Positions 43,193 to 56,189 of a DNA stretch of 64,000 nucleotides are shown piece after piece (position 1 is the first letter of the stretch; every line of letters begins with the position of its first letter). This DNA is from Octopus vulgaris (lineage: Eukaryota), in contig OX597824.1 of assembly GCA_951406725.2 (NCBI GenBank), positions 90,396,001-90,460,000 on the forward strand, read 5' to 3'. The position numbers were made by a program, and so were the translations under genes. The notes below the pieces were generated by a model. The model searched no databases. It was given only the letters and a program-made list of their open reading frames with translations, and had not been told where the DNA came from.

Positions 43193-43475
43193 TGGGGTCG
43201 ATCTAATCGACTTAATCCCTTTATCTGTCCTTGTTTGTCCCCTCTATGTTTAGCCCCTTGTGGGCAATAAAGAAATAAGAAACGTTAGCACGCCGGGCGA
43301 AATGCTTAGCGGTATTTCGTCTGCCGCTATGTTCTGAGTTCAAATTCTGAAGCAAGGTCGACTTTGCTTTTCATCCTTTCGGCGTGGAACCTTGAGCGAG
43401 TGTCTTCTGATACAGCCTCGTGCTGACCAAAGCCTTGAGTGGATTTGGTTGACGGAAACTGAAAGAAGCCCATCG
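42700..43475. mobile_element. Cluster of SINE fragments: family 2 minus (42700-42880), family 1 minus (43015-43115), family 2 tail B plus head (43190-43383), family 1 (43385-43475)
   Basis: Each segment matches the in-window family sequence. Confidence 0.8.
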
Positions 43476-43560
43476 TATATAAATATACATATATCTACGT
43501 GTGTGTGTGTGTGTGTGTATGTACATACACGTACATACACACGCATATATGTGTATATAT

Positions 43561-43625
<65 letters not shown>

Positions 43626-43989
43626 CATATATATATGTATATATATATAGAGAGAGAGAGAGAGAGAAAGAGAGGGGAGAGAGAGGGGGAGAGAAATTAT
43701 CTGATAACGATAAACTTTGTTTAAACATGTCTCATTTAAGGGTCATAAGTCGCTAGAACAACAACAACAATTATTTTGATAAAAAAATTGTTACAATAAC
43801 ATAAAGATGAAGAGATACGCAAAAGCCAGAGGATAACGTCACGAACATCATCATCATCATCATCGTCATCATCATCATCATCATCATCATCATTACGGCC
43901 ACGAAGACGGCGATGACGATCACCACCACCACTTTCATTATTATGACCACCACTATCTCCACCTCTACTACTACTACTACTACTACTAT

Positions 43990-44030
<41 letters not shown>

Positions 44031-44073
44031 GATTAGATAAAAGCAAGCAAATAACAGCGATCGCTCCAAAATC

Positions 44074-44105
<32 letters not shown>

Positions 44106-44754
44106 AAGTACGAACAGCAATATCCCACAATACACCACGATCCCGTCTGTCTCCAGGAAGACCACAACATGTCTTATTCAATGCGATAACAGTGTGAGAG
44201 TGACCAAAGGTCAATAATGGCTTAATTAAAATTGTCACCAACATTGTCCTCTGTTTTCCTTTTTTTTTTTTAGAAAGATGAGGATGCTGGTGCTGGTGGG
44301 AGGCGGAAGAGGAGCTGTTCGTTTGACAAACATGGCTGTTTTTATAGGATGATGCTTCGTCACTTCACTGCCACCATCACCATCAGCATCACCGTCATCA
44401 CTATCGCCATCACGTCATCAACAGCACCGTCGCCACCATCACCACCAATACCAACACCAACACCTTCAGATGATGAAACCCCATCATTACAGCCAACACC
44501 ATCGCCACCACCGTCATACCACCACCACCACCACCACCACCGCCGCCCCCCCATTGCCGCCGCTGCCGCCACCACCACCACCACCACCACCGCTGCCACC
44601 ACTACCACCGCCGTCGCCGCCGCCACCACAACCACCACCATCATCACCACCACCATCACCGCCGCCGCCGCCACCACCACCATCACCATCACCACCACCA
44701 CAACTACCACCGCCACCAATACCACCACCGCCAAAAACCACCACCACCACCACC

Positions 44755-44918
44755 GAATTGCAAGTAAACATAAAATTGCTGGCAACGTATAGAATTGCTA
44801 GCAATTCATGGCACTGCAATAAAGCATTTGCAATCGCCAGCGACTCATAGGATTGCAAGAAATCTCACAGAATTGCTAGCAACATTTAAAATTGAGGGTA
44901 AGCAATTCGAATTGACTG
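44755..44918. repeat. Degenerate ~19-20-bp tandem repeat with palindromic core TTGCTAGCAA
   Basis: Units such as GAATTGCAAGTAAACATA, AAATTGCTGGCAACGTATA, GAATTGCTAGCAATTCATG, CAATCGCCAGCGACTCATA, GGATTGCAAGAAATCTCACA, GAATTGCTAGCAACATTTA. Confidence 0.7.
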
Positions 44919-44994
44919 GTGGGTACTTCGGTCAATGTTGCGGCCCAGTGATTACCTGATCTAATCCATGGATTAGCTGTAACCCTTGATCATA

Positions 44995-45195
44995 TTACTG
45001 ATTTCAAATTTGAGGCACAGGGCCAGTGATTTCGGGGGAGAGGGGTGGGGGAAGTCGATTGCATCGACCCCCGTATCCCCAGTACTCAACTGGTATTTAT
45101 TTTATAGACTCCGAAAGAGTGAAAGGTAAAATCGACCTTGTCAGGATTTGAACTCAAAACCTAAAGGCGGACGAAATGCCGCTAAGTATTTTGTC
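44995..45195 (-). mobile_element. SINE family 2 (tail A), diverged
   Basis: GGCACAGGGCC...GTCGATTGCATCGACCCC...GAAAGGTAAAATCGACCTT...TTTGAACTCA. Confidence 0.8.
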
Positions 45196-45709
45196 CAGTA
45201 CTCATGAGTTAGAGTACGCACGCACACACACACACACACACACACAAATCACCTTGGTAGCTTTATTATACATCTTAGATCGTTAAACACTGAGTCAATG
45301 ATTTTGAAATGCTTCTGCCGGAAGGAAGATCATCATTATGCCCCCTTCCTAAAATGTTGCTTTCCATCAATAGATTCTTTCAGTATTCTCTAGGGTGGTT
45401 GTAAATGTATTAATATAGTTCTCTGGTTACTTTGCTATGTTGTTCTCATGGCGTTGGACTTGTCGCACGGCTACGGTTACTTTCGCTTCTGTTGCGCTGC
45501 TGGGGATTTATTTTCCTTGCATTTCAGGAAATTTTATAAATCATTTTTATTCTTGCGTCTGCTACATAATATCGCAAAAATTTCTTCTCTTGAGAAAGCA
45601 TATTTGTAGAGTAATAATGTCACACTTTTCTGAAGTGCATAGGATGCATGTCCAACAGTCATGTATGCTAGAGACAACGCTGTCTCTATCATTACCCTGT
45701 GTATATTAT

Positions 45710-46092
45710 GGAAGCACTCCGTCGGTTACGACGACGAGGGTTCCAGTTGATCCGAATCAACGGAACAGCCTGCTCGTGAAATTAACGTGTAAGTGGCTGA
45801 GCACTCCACAGACACGTGTACCCTTAACGTAGTTCTCGGGGAGATTCAGCGTGACACAGAGAGTGACAAGGCCGGCCCTTTGAAATACAGGTACAACAGA
45901 AACAGGAAGTAAGAGTGAGAGAAAGTTGTGGTGAAAGAGTACAGCAGGGATCACCACCATCCCCTGCGGGAGCCTCGTGGAGCTTTAGGTGTTTTCGCTC
46001 AATAAACACTCACAACGCCCGCTCTGGGAATCGAAACCGCGATCTTACGACCGCGAGTCCGCTGCCCTAACCACTGGGCCATTGCGCCTCCA
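45710..46092 (-). mobile_element. SINE family 3, full length
   Basis: tRNA-like head TGGAGGCGCAATGGCCCAGTGGTTAGGGCAGCGGACTCGCG...GGTTTCGATTCCC and tail CGTCGTAACCGACGGAGTGCTTCCA. Confidence 0.92.
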
Positions 46093-46594
46093 CGTGTATA
46101 TTATAATAACATTCTCGTTAACATCATAATAATGTTTCCACAGAGACAATACTTTCGTTTCACAAATATTGTGGAACGGGTGTTGTGCGTAACTAGATTT
46201 GAACCTCACACTTGTTACTCAGATATAATCTTTGTCAGTGTGCCCGTCCTATTATACTGTTGCTTTATATAGTATACCCTTATTTTAGACTATTTTCACC
46301 AAACGGTTATTGGTTTCATCCGCTCAAGCAGTATATATTTTTGGCAGCAGGTTTTTAGATATACGGCTGAAGTGCGCTTGGTTCCTTGTGCTGAAGTAGA
46401 TAACCTTTGTGTTATCATTGTTGAATTGTTTGTGGTATTTTTGGTTGACGAAGAAGTGCATGGTGACTAATATTGAGAACGTCTTTTATCAGTTGAGCCG
46501 CTACAATTTAAACTAAATTGTGTGCTGAGCCAAAAGATTTTCCTTTTTTCTGATTCTGCTTCGTTTAGAACGCATTTATGTCGCTTTGGGAATG

Positions 46595-47173
46595 TACGAG
46601 GTCTGATCAGAAAGTATCGAGGCTGTTGCTATGGTAACAGGGCTAAAATACGCAGGGTGAAACTGCTTGTCACAGATTGATTGGCCTTGAGCTCTCTTGC
46701 ACATACACACTAAGTTATGCGCAACAGAGGTCAAGGTCATTCGGTTGTTTATAGCAGTGCTTGGAAGTAAAATGTGTAGAATGTGATCAACTGAAAAAAG
46801 AAGATCGGGTTTTCAGCTGCTCAGGACCTCCTTGAATTTGTTAAGGAAGACGAAAACGTTTTGAAGACAGTCATAACAGGTGACAAATCGTGGGTCTATG
46901 GCTAAGACTCCGAAACGAAGGCTCAGTCTTCACAGCGGGAGACCCAAAGAAAATTTCAAGACATCGAGGAAATCCCGGAGAATGCAACAAGGCAGCTACT
47001 CACTATCCCCCCAAAAGAGTTCCTGGAATGCCTCAACCAATAGAAAGGACGCTGGATAACGCGAAGGACTTCAGAAGGGCTCTTCATTGACAGAGATTAA
47101 ATGCCGAATTGGTAAATGCTGTATTCTTCTTTATGTAGCACCAATCCCGATATTTTTAGTTCAAACCTTTGGA
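46595..47173 (+). mobile_element. Internally deleted mariner relic
   Basis: Left end TACGAGGTCTGATCAGAAAGTATC; peptide LKTVITGDKSWVYG*DSETKAQSSQ; degenerate right TIR at ~47149-47173. Confidence 0.75.
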
Positions 47174-47418
47174 CTCGTTTAATTTTCAGGGCTAATTGCA
47201 CAATAATAATAGCTCTTCGTTAATCGTTTTACTGAATGATATTGTAGAGAATTCCTAGTTTATACTGACGGCAATTAGCCCTGAAAATAAAACGAGTCCA
47301 AAGGTTTGATAAAAAAATATCGTGAATCGGTGCTACATGAAGAATACAATATTTATCAATTTGGCATTTAATCTCTGTCGATAACGAACTCTTCTGAAGC
47401 CACTCACGTTATCCAGCG
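47050..47418. repeat. Inverted repeat (foldback) with ~150-bp arms and a 71-bp spacer
   Basis: 47050-47199 aligns by eye to the reverse complement of 47271-47418 along its whole length. Confidence 0.92.
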
Positions 47419-47826
47419 AGCTGGCAGAAACGTTAGCACGCCGGGCGAAATGCGTAGCCGTATTTCGTCTGCCGTTACGTTCTGAGTTCAAATTCCGCCA
47501 AGGTCGACTTTGCCTTTCATCCTTTCGGGGTCGATAAATTAAGTACCAGTTACGCTCTGGAGTCGATGTAATCGACTTAATCCGTTTGTCTGTCCTTGTT
47601 TGTCCTCTCTGTGTTTAGCCCCTTGTGGGTAGTAAAGAAATAGGTATTTCGTCTGTCTTTACGTTCTGAGTTCAAATTCCGCCGAGGTCGACTTTGCTTT
47701 TCATCCTTTCGGGGTCGATAAATTAAGTACCAGTTACGCACTGGGGTCGATGTAATCGACTTAATCCCTTTGTCTGTCCTTGTTTGTCCTCTCTGTGTTT
47801 AGCCCCTTGTGGGTAGTAAAGAAATA
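47416..47826 (+). mobile_element. SINE family 2 dimer (tail B plus headless tail B)
   Basis: Two near-identical units joined at TAAAGAAATA|GGTATTTCGTCTG (47642/47643). Confidence 0.93.
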
Positions 47827-48276
47827 TATAGTGACGGCAATCATTTTTCATAATTGAAGGTGGCAGGTTGAAACATTTATATTATAGAGAACGTCGCACC
47901 GTTTGGGTTGCAGCCAAGATAGTAAGTTCGTATGATTAAGTTTAGTGTTATACTTAAGAAACATATTACGAAATGATTTATTTGGATAGGTGTGTATATG
48001 TTGAACGCTTTCAAGGCTTGACTAGTTTTCTTCGTTCTAATGCGTCTTAACAGGTGACAGTCTACGATTTGGTGAGCGGGATGCTGTAATGTCTAACTAG
48101 TTCTATGCCTGAGTCTTTGGATGTCTTGTATAGATTCTGTAGAATATATGGTCCGATGCCAATCCATATAAAACCAAACCAAAATCAGTTCCTTGATAGT
48201 TGCAGAAACTCTCGAATCGCAAGAAAGTTTATTTTAAATAAATTATCTACATAAATACACATACACACACACGCAC

Positions 48277-48361
<85 letters not shown>

Positions 48362-48364
48362 ATT

Positions 48365-48592
48365 TTATTATTTTACTTGTTTCAGGCATTTGAGTGCGGC
48401 CATGCTGGAGCACCGCCTTTAGTCGCACGAATAGATCCCGGCACTTATTCTTTGCAAGCTTAATGCTTATATCGGTCTCTATTGTCGAACTGCTAATGTT
48501 ACGAGGAGGTAAACACACGAACATCGGATGTCAAGTGATGGCGGGAGTACAAACACAGACACACAAATACATACATGTATATATGTATGTAT

Positions 48593-48650
<58 letters not shown>

Positions 48651-48661
48651 TACATATATAC

Positions 48662-48701
<40 letters not shown>

Positions 48702-49162
48702 GTATATAACAGGCATTATAAAACCGAACACTTCACAAAAACTCATTAGAACCACCCAGCGAACATCCACCATGGGTCATCATATTTGCTTAAGGTAAAA
48801 ATGAATTCCTCGCTCTTTCGGAAACATCAATCTTCTGTATTGACCGCTTTCCACCACTTTGATCTGTTTTTTGTATTGAATACGTATCGCCACCGTGGGC
48901 CACTGCATCGAACACTTTGAACATATACTTCAAACTATATATCAACTATACATGAACTATATATCAACTATACATGAACTCTAAGATGTCTGACTCCGTT
49001 GTGTATTATAAATGAATTTCTTGTGTTTGACGGCATGAGGTGTCTTTTTTTATAGATAACTTTTTTTGATAAAGTTCATTTCAGGAACTGAAACATGTTA
49101 TAATGTATATATATAAAAATAAAAAATTGTATAATACAGCAGCATTTTCGAACTTCATTTTT

Positions 49163-49221
<59 letters not shown>

Positions 49222-49372
49222 GTCGGGCTACTTTCAGTTTCCGTCTACCAAATCTACTCACAAGACTTTGGTCGGCCCGTGACTTGAGTAGTAGACAGTT
49301 TCCCGGGGTGCCACGGAGTGAAACTGAACCCTGAACCATGTGGTTGCTAAGCAAGCTTCTTACCACATAGCC
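48365..49372 (-). mobile_element. SINE family 1 pieces: 3' half (48365-48565) and 5' half (49220-49372) separated by other sequence
   Basis: Both halves match family 1 in the same orientation, with (TA)n tracts around ~450 bp of unrelated sequence between them. Confidence 0.7.
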
Positions 49373-49459
49373 ACACACACACGCGCGCGCGCACACATAT
49401 ATATAAACACATACACACACACACACATATATACATAAAAGTATGTACATATGAATACA

Positions 49460-49515
<56 letters not shown>

Positions 49516-49605
49516 TACTTATCGATCTATCCATCCATGTATGTAAGTATATATGTAGGTATGTATGTATGTATGTATGTATGTAACTATCTATCTATCT
49601 ATGAT

Positions 49606-49706
<101 letters not shown>

Positions 49707-50050
49707 GACGTATACAATTAATTATACTAAATAAGTACGAGTGCATATACACGCAGCAACTTTGACATAGTCATACATATTAATGTATACATACGTGTAA
49801 TACACACTCTCTCTCTCTCTATATATATATATATACACACAAACACACCAACACAGACACATAAAAACAAAAACATATGCGTGTATGTGTGAGTTAATTA
49901 TGTTCTGGGACAGGCGTAATTAAGTCTGAAATACACGCGTACGTAATTAAATCCGAAATGCATACATACAAGCATATATGTCTGTATATATATATTCATA
50001 CACACGTACACACCTACACAGGTACACACACACAGACACACAGACACGCA

Positions 50051-50108
<58 letters not shown>

Positions 50109-50786
50109 TACACGCAACAGTATATTATGTAGGAGACGGAATGCTGCGGGAAAAAATCAATGGAGGGACACGAAATGACATATATACAGTTGCGTGACGG
50201 CATGTATAGATGAGTGTATATATGCGGCCAATATAGGAATAAGTATCGAAATATACTTTTTTATATATCTGCATATATGTAAATATACATGCATATATAC
50301 ATACATACGTACAAACGTACGTACGTACGCATGTATGTATGTATGTATGTATGTATGTATGTATGTATGTATGTATGTATGTATGTATGTATGTATGTAT
50401 GTTTGTATGTATGTATGTAAAGCGCCATGCCTTCTATTCATTAATTTATTTCATTACAGTAATTAAATGTACAAAATATATATCGGTGTTAATTAGTAAT
50501 TTTAATAAATTATATATCGTAATTGTGATTTCAGGAATACAATTTTTGGTGTTTTAGATTTTTGGCGGAAATAATTACGCTGTCGTCTGCTTCTTAACAA
50601 ATCGACTTCAGGCGACAATTCTTAGTAGTCTTTGTCTAATTGTATGTACTTATGTATGTATTTACTTATTCCCCTCAACACACACATTCGCGTATGTATA
50701 CATAAGCATGTGTTTGTATATATACGTAATTGTCTACGTCGCTATGTATGTATATATCTATGTTCCTTTCTATCGATCGTTCACCT

Positions 50787-50888
<102 letters not shown>

Positions 50889-50985
50889 GTGGATGTTGAA
50901 ATTCTAATGAAGGAACCTTGGATCTAGGTTAGAAACCGGTTCTTTCTCTATTGGCAAGGAATCTTGAAATAAACTGAATAATGAC
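50889..50985 (+). mobile_element. Short dispersed repeat, Penelope pLTR-like; second copy inverted at 53464-53560
   Basis: GATGTTGAAATTC.AA.GAAGGA.CCTTGGATCTA.GTTAGAAAC...TTCTCTATT.GGCAAG.AATCTTGAAATAAA shared by both copies, each followed by (CATA)n. Confidence 0.65.
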
Positions 50986-51204
50986 ATACATACATACATA
51001 CATACATACATACATACATACATACATACATACATACATACATACATACATACATACGCACACACCCATACCTCCTTCTCTTGCGCTCTCCTGCCTTAGA
51101 AAGAACTTTTTCTTCACCCATTCCCTTCCGGTCATTTCAAAATATAGCCACGTGAGAGTGAGGAACCCCTTAGCTTGCTTAAAGCGAGTCACTAGGACAA
51201 AATC

Positions 51205-51392
51205 ACTCTGTTTCAGTCATTTGACTGCGGCCATGCTGGAGTACCACATTTAGTTGAACAAATCGACTTCAGGACTTACTCTTTGTAAGCTTAGTACTTA
51301 TTCTATCGGTCTTTTTTGCCGAACTGTTTGTTTACGGGGACGTAAACACACCAACATGTTATGCTATGGTGGGGGGATAAACACAGACACAC

Positions 51393-51484
<92 letters not shown>

Positions 51485-51635
51485 GACGTGCTTCGTTCAG
51501 TTTCCGTCTGCCAAATCCACTCACAAGGCTTTGGTCGGCCTGGGTCTATAGTAGAAGTCACTTGCCCAAGGTGCCACGCAGTGAGATTGAACCCGAAATC
51601 ATGTGGTTGGGAACCAAGTTACTTACCACAGCCAC
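51205..51635 (-). mobile_element. SINE family 1, near full length
   Basis: Reverse complement of head, microsatellite middle and tail. Confidence 0.9.
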
Positions 51636-52117
51636 TCTTGCGCCAATGCTCTTTATATTTTTTTCGATGCGAGGGTCATATTATGCATGCTTGTGATCAG
51701 ATGACGAATATTCTCTTGAGAAATTTTTCTTGCCAACTTTCATGCAGTGATCTCTAAAGATATGGCTTTGAATATGCTTTGTTGTTCTTTTTATGAAGTG
51801 TCCTGTTCCTTATGACCCGGAGATGTCCAACAGGCTTAATATCTGGTGAGAGAGGTAGAGGCAGAGGGACAGAAGAATTAAGGATGCGCGAGAAAAAATG
51901 ACGGGGACACAGTGAAGTGAAAAGTGGAGGGAAAGTGAGCATGAAGAGAAGGCAAAGAAATGTGAAAAAGGGGGAACGAAAGAACGAAGAGTGGGATGAA
52001 CGAAATAAACCTGAAAGGGATGATAGAAAGAAGGAAAGAATAAAAGAATTAAAAAAGTCGTACAAGATTTAGATAAATATATACTTACATATAAGAGACC
52101 TAAGTGTACGTATGCTG

Positions 52118-52164
<47 letters not shown>

Positions 52165-52476
52165 AAATAGGACAAGAACGCAAGACATCCAGTTAGGTGA
52201 TACATGAAAGGGACAACAAACATCCAGATAGACGATACAAAGAAAACAAGGACGGAGATTTCTTTCCTCAGTCGAGTTCCAGATTATCGTTGCAATTTCG
52301 GCAGTTTATACTGGAGATTGCTTCAATCTGGCCAACCCCAAAGAAAAACTAAGCTAAGATTCCTTGGAAGAAAGCAGCGAATGTATACGAAAACAAGGAC
52401 GGAAAAAATAGAGAAAGTTACATAAATACAAATAACAGGACATAACAACAGGTGTCTTTCGACTAGATATATAGAT

Positions 52477-52526
<50 letters not shown>

Positions 52527-52700
52527 GGAGAGTTTACGAAAAAAACAAAAGACGAAGACAGGTGGTGTACAAAATAAACAGATGTATTAGTATAACGCTC
52601 AGGAATAGAAAAAGTCTTTTACGTTTCGAGCTTACGCTCTTCTACAGGAAGGGACACAAAGAAAACAAGGAGAGAAAAAAATAAGGAGATAGATAGAGAA

Positions 52701-52761
<61 letters not shown>

Positions 52762-52769
52762 TAGATAAG

Positions 52770-52888
52770 TTTCTTTATTAGCCATACAAGGTCGAACAAA
52801 GAGGGGACAAAATACAATGTAGAGCTTTTCTTTTTGAAAATAGACAAAAAAATAGGAGAAAATAAATTTCCGATCAAAAGGGATCGTG
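52770..52888 (-). mobile_element. Tx1-like 3'UTR terminus with TCTA/TCTG tail
   Basis: Minus strand ends TTGTCCCCTCTTTGTTCGACCTTGTATGGCTAATAAAGAAAC-TTATCTATCT, matching the 17387-17410 terminus. Confidence 0.7.
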
Positions 52889-53270
52889 TTAAAAAACAAA
52901 ACAAAACAGATAGACTGATTGATAGACAGAGCGTGAATCATGGTGATTGACAGTTACAAACGAAATGTTGTGGTTAAAGTTTTTCTGTCTTTTAGCACGA
53001 CTAACCTCTCCATTATTTTAGATATATCTATCATTTAATGTTTAACTTCCGCAGAGAATCATAAACGACCAGCAGCCGTTATAGATTTCAACGGAGAAAA
53101 CACTGTATAACATTGTCGATTATTAACAATTGTTGTACAGTTTTAATAGTGCAAGAAATTATATAATATGGTGGAGCTGGAAGCGTCCACTTAACAAATT
53201 TGAAAGAAAAAAACCAATTACAGTCACTTTGTATCAATGAGTGACATATTCAAAGCATCAGTTCCGTTAA

Positions 53271-53387
<117 letters not shown>

Positions 53388-53712
53388 CAGTATGTCCGTT
53401 TCAGTCTATTTCTCTCTCTCCTCTCTCCTCTTTGTGTGTATATATGTGTGTGTGTGTATGTATGTGATTGTTCAATTTTATTTCAAGATTTCTTGCCTAA
53501 TAGAGAAGGAGACCGTTTCTAACTTAGATCCAAGGCTCCTTCTTTGGAATTTCAACATCAACAATAAGGTATTTTTGTTTGTATGTACGCATATATACAT
53601 GACTGTATGTATGTATGTATGTATGAATGTATGACTGTATGTATGTAAGCATGTATGTATATGTGTATGTATGTATGTGAGTATGCATGTATGATGTATT
53701 CTTATATGTATG

Positions 53713-53806
<94 letters not shown>

Positions 53807-54534
53807 CAGACAGATAGCTAGACAGACAGACAAAAGGCAAATCAGGCAATGAGCACAAAAGAAAGACAACATGGGAGGAATATGTTTCAATGAAGCATTA
53901 GTTTAACGTTAAAAGTAACAAAAATGCTCACGACGTTTCGGACGGTAGCCCGTCGTCGGAAAAACAAAGTATGAGGAAAATTGGTTGATAAAAATGATTA
54001 TGGTCCAAGGGGGGAAAATAGTTAATCACTCTAATGATAATAACAGGAAAAGATGTGTATTATAAAATCACTGTAGCTATTATAAAACATGGTTATCTTA
54101 TTTTATCTATGTCCCATTGCTTACATTATTCATGCCCTCAATTTTATGGCAGACTTTTAAATTACGTGAAAATACATCATAATGTATTTTGAAATTATAT
54201 ATTCATAAAGCAATAATAAATCTCTGAGCGAGGTATAAACAGGAGCTGCAAGACATCGTGAAGTATGGCACAGAAAGTGCGTCAATAACCAGCTGGAGGA
54301 GGTGTCTTCCTGGGGCTACAAGCTACAGTGGCATCCACCCTTAGGGGTTAGCCACATTTAATTGGTAAATATACTTCACGATATTTATAAAGCTTACCTT
54401 TTAAAACGAATCTACGTTTGGTTGATCATTGTGACCTATGATTCCTAAGCATAAGGGTACTTGCTAATTACAAAACATAAGGGTACTTGCTAAGTTCTGT
54501 GGTGTTGAAGAGGGAATCATTACCTGGTCTGTGA

Positions 54535-54870
54535 AGGCGCATGGCTCAGTGGTTAGAGCGTCGAGCTTACGATCGCGAAGTTGTGAGTTCGAATCCCAGA
54601 TCGGGCTGCGTGTTGTGTTCTTGAGCAAGATACTTTATATCACATTGCTCCAGTTCACTCAGCTGTAGAAATGAGTTGTGACGTCGCAGGTGCGAAGCTG
54701 TATCGGCCCCTTTGCCTTTCCCTTGGATAACATCAGTGGCGTGAAAGTGGGGAGGTTGGTATGCATGGGCGGCTGCTGGTCTTCCACAAACAATCTTGCC
54801 CGGACTTGTGCCTGGGACGATAACTTTCTAGGTGCAATCCTATGGTCATTCATGACGAAGGGGGTCCCAT
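54535..54870 (+). mobile_element. tRNA-derived SINE family 4, apparently full length
   Basis: A box TGGCTCAGTGG and B box GTTCGAATCC, then TTCTTGAGCAAGATACTT and a distinct tail. Confidence 0.85.
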
Positions 54871-55291
54871 CACCTGGTCTCAAGAAGCAGCAAACAAGTT
54901 TATCCTCAAATATCTTTAAATAAAAAGATAGGATGTATTTGGTAATGTGGTACTAAACACAGTGCGTGTAAGGGAGAGATGGTCACAGCTGGAACGCTTT
55001 TGATTCAAATATTTTATCGGTAACATCAACAACAATTGGTGTTACTGATTTCTAGTTGGTCTCTCGACCTACTAGAAATTACAGTTAAATCCCCCATAAA
55101 TCATGCCCTGTCGTCTTGAAAATGGAGGAAAAGGTTAGGTAATAAATACAGTCGCTAGATGCAGATATTCTGATAGAAGGACGTGATGGTCATAGTTGGG
55201 ACCCTCGTTTAATCATCATAGCTCTGTTCGATTAGACCGATTGGACCGAGCTGAACTAAGCAACAATAACTACGACAGCAACAACAGTAAT

Positions 55292-55325
<34 letters not shown>

Positions 55326-55704
55326 CCACCACCATCAGTCATCATCGTCATCATCATCATCATCATTAGTCATCATCATAATCATCATAATCATCATCAT
55401 CATCATCATCATCAACAACAACAACAATAGCAGAGGCAGCAGCAGCAACAACAACAGAAACGGTCTTCAATTTAAAAGATACCCCCACCCAAACCCCGCA
55501 AAAGAGCAAGGAAAACGTATGAACGTCACGGAATCTCAAATCTCTTCCTCGCCATCTTTTATCCGTCTGGATGAAGAAAACAATCATGTTTCGTTCCATA
55601 TACTTTTTTATACTAATTTGATACACACAGACACACACACACACATACACATATGAATGTAATGTATGTGTGCGTATATATATATGTATATATATATGTA
55701 TATA

Positions 55705-55769
<65 letters not shown>

Positions 55770-55852
55770 ACATATGTATATATATATACATATATATATA
55801 TTTATATATATATATTTATATATATATATATTTATATATATATATGTATATA

Positions 55853-55897
<45 letters not shown>

Positions 55898-55920
55898 TTA
55901 TATGTATATGTATATGCATG

Positions 55921-55959
<39 letters not shown>

Positions 55960-55986
55960 TCATATATATATATATGTATGTATATG

Positions 55987-56032
<46 letters not shown>

Positions 56033-56189
56033 TGTATGTATGTATGTATGTATGTATGTATAGACATTGTGAGGTATATATGTGTCTGTGTCATCGTCGT
56101 CGCTGTGTTGTGTAGCGTTGTTAAGCAAGAAACCGGTTCTATTACTTCCGCTGGTTTGACTGGAGAGTTCAGTCTTAGAAACTGTTTCT

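Noticed and set aside
44349-44858. Pro/Thr/Gly-rich ORFs
   Set aside because: ACC/GCC triplet repeat open in several frames on both strands; no coding signal.
54535-54610. tRNA gene (also at 26281, ~46020-46092 and 19563)
   Set aside because: A and B boxes are present but there is no complete cloverleaf and each continues into, or matches, a SINE; these are tRNA-derived heads.
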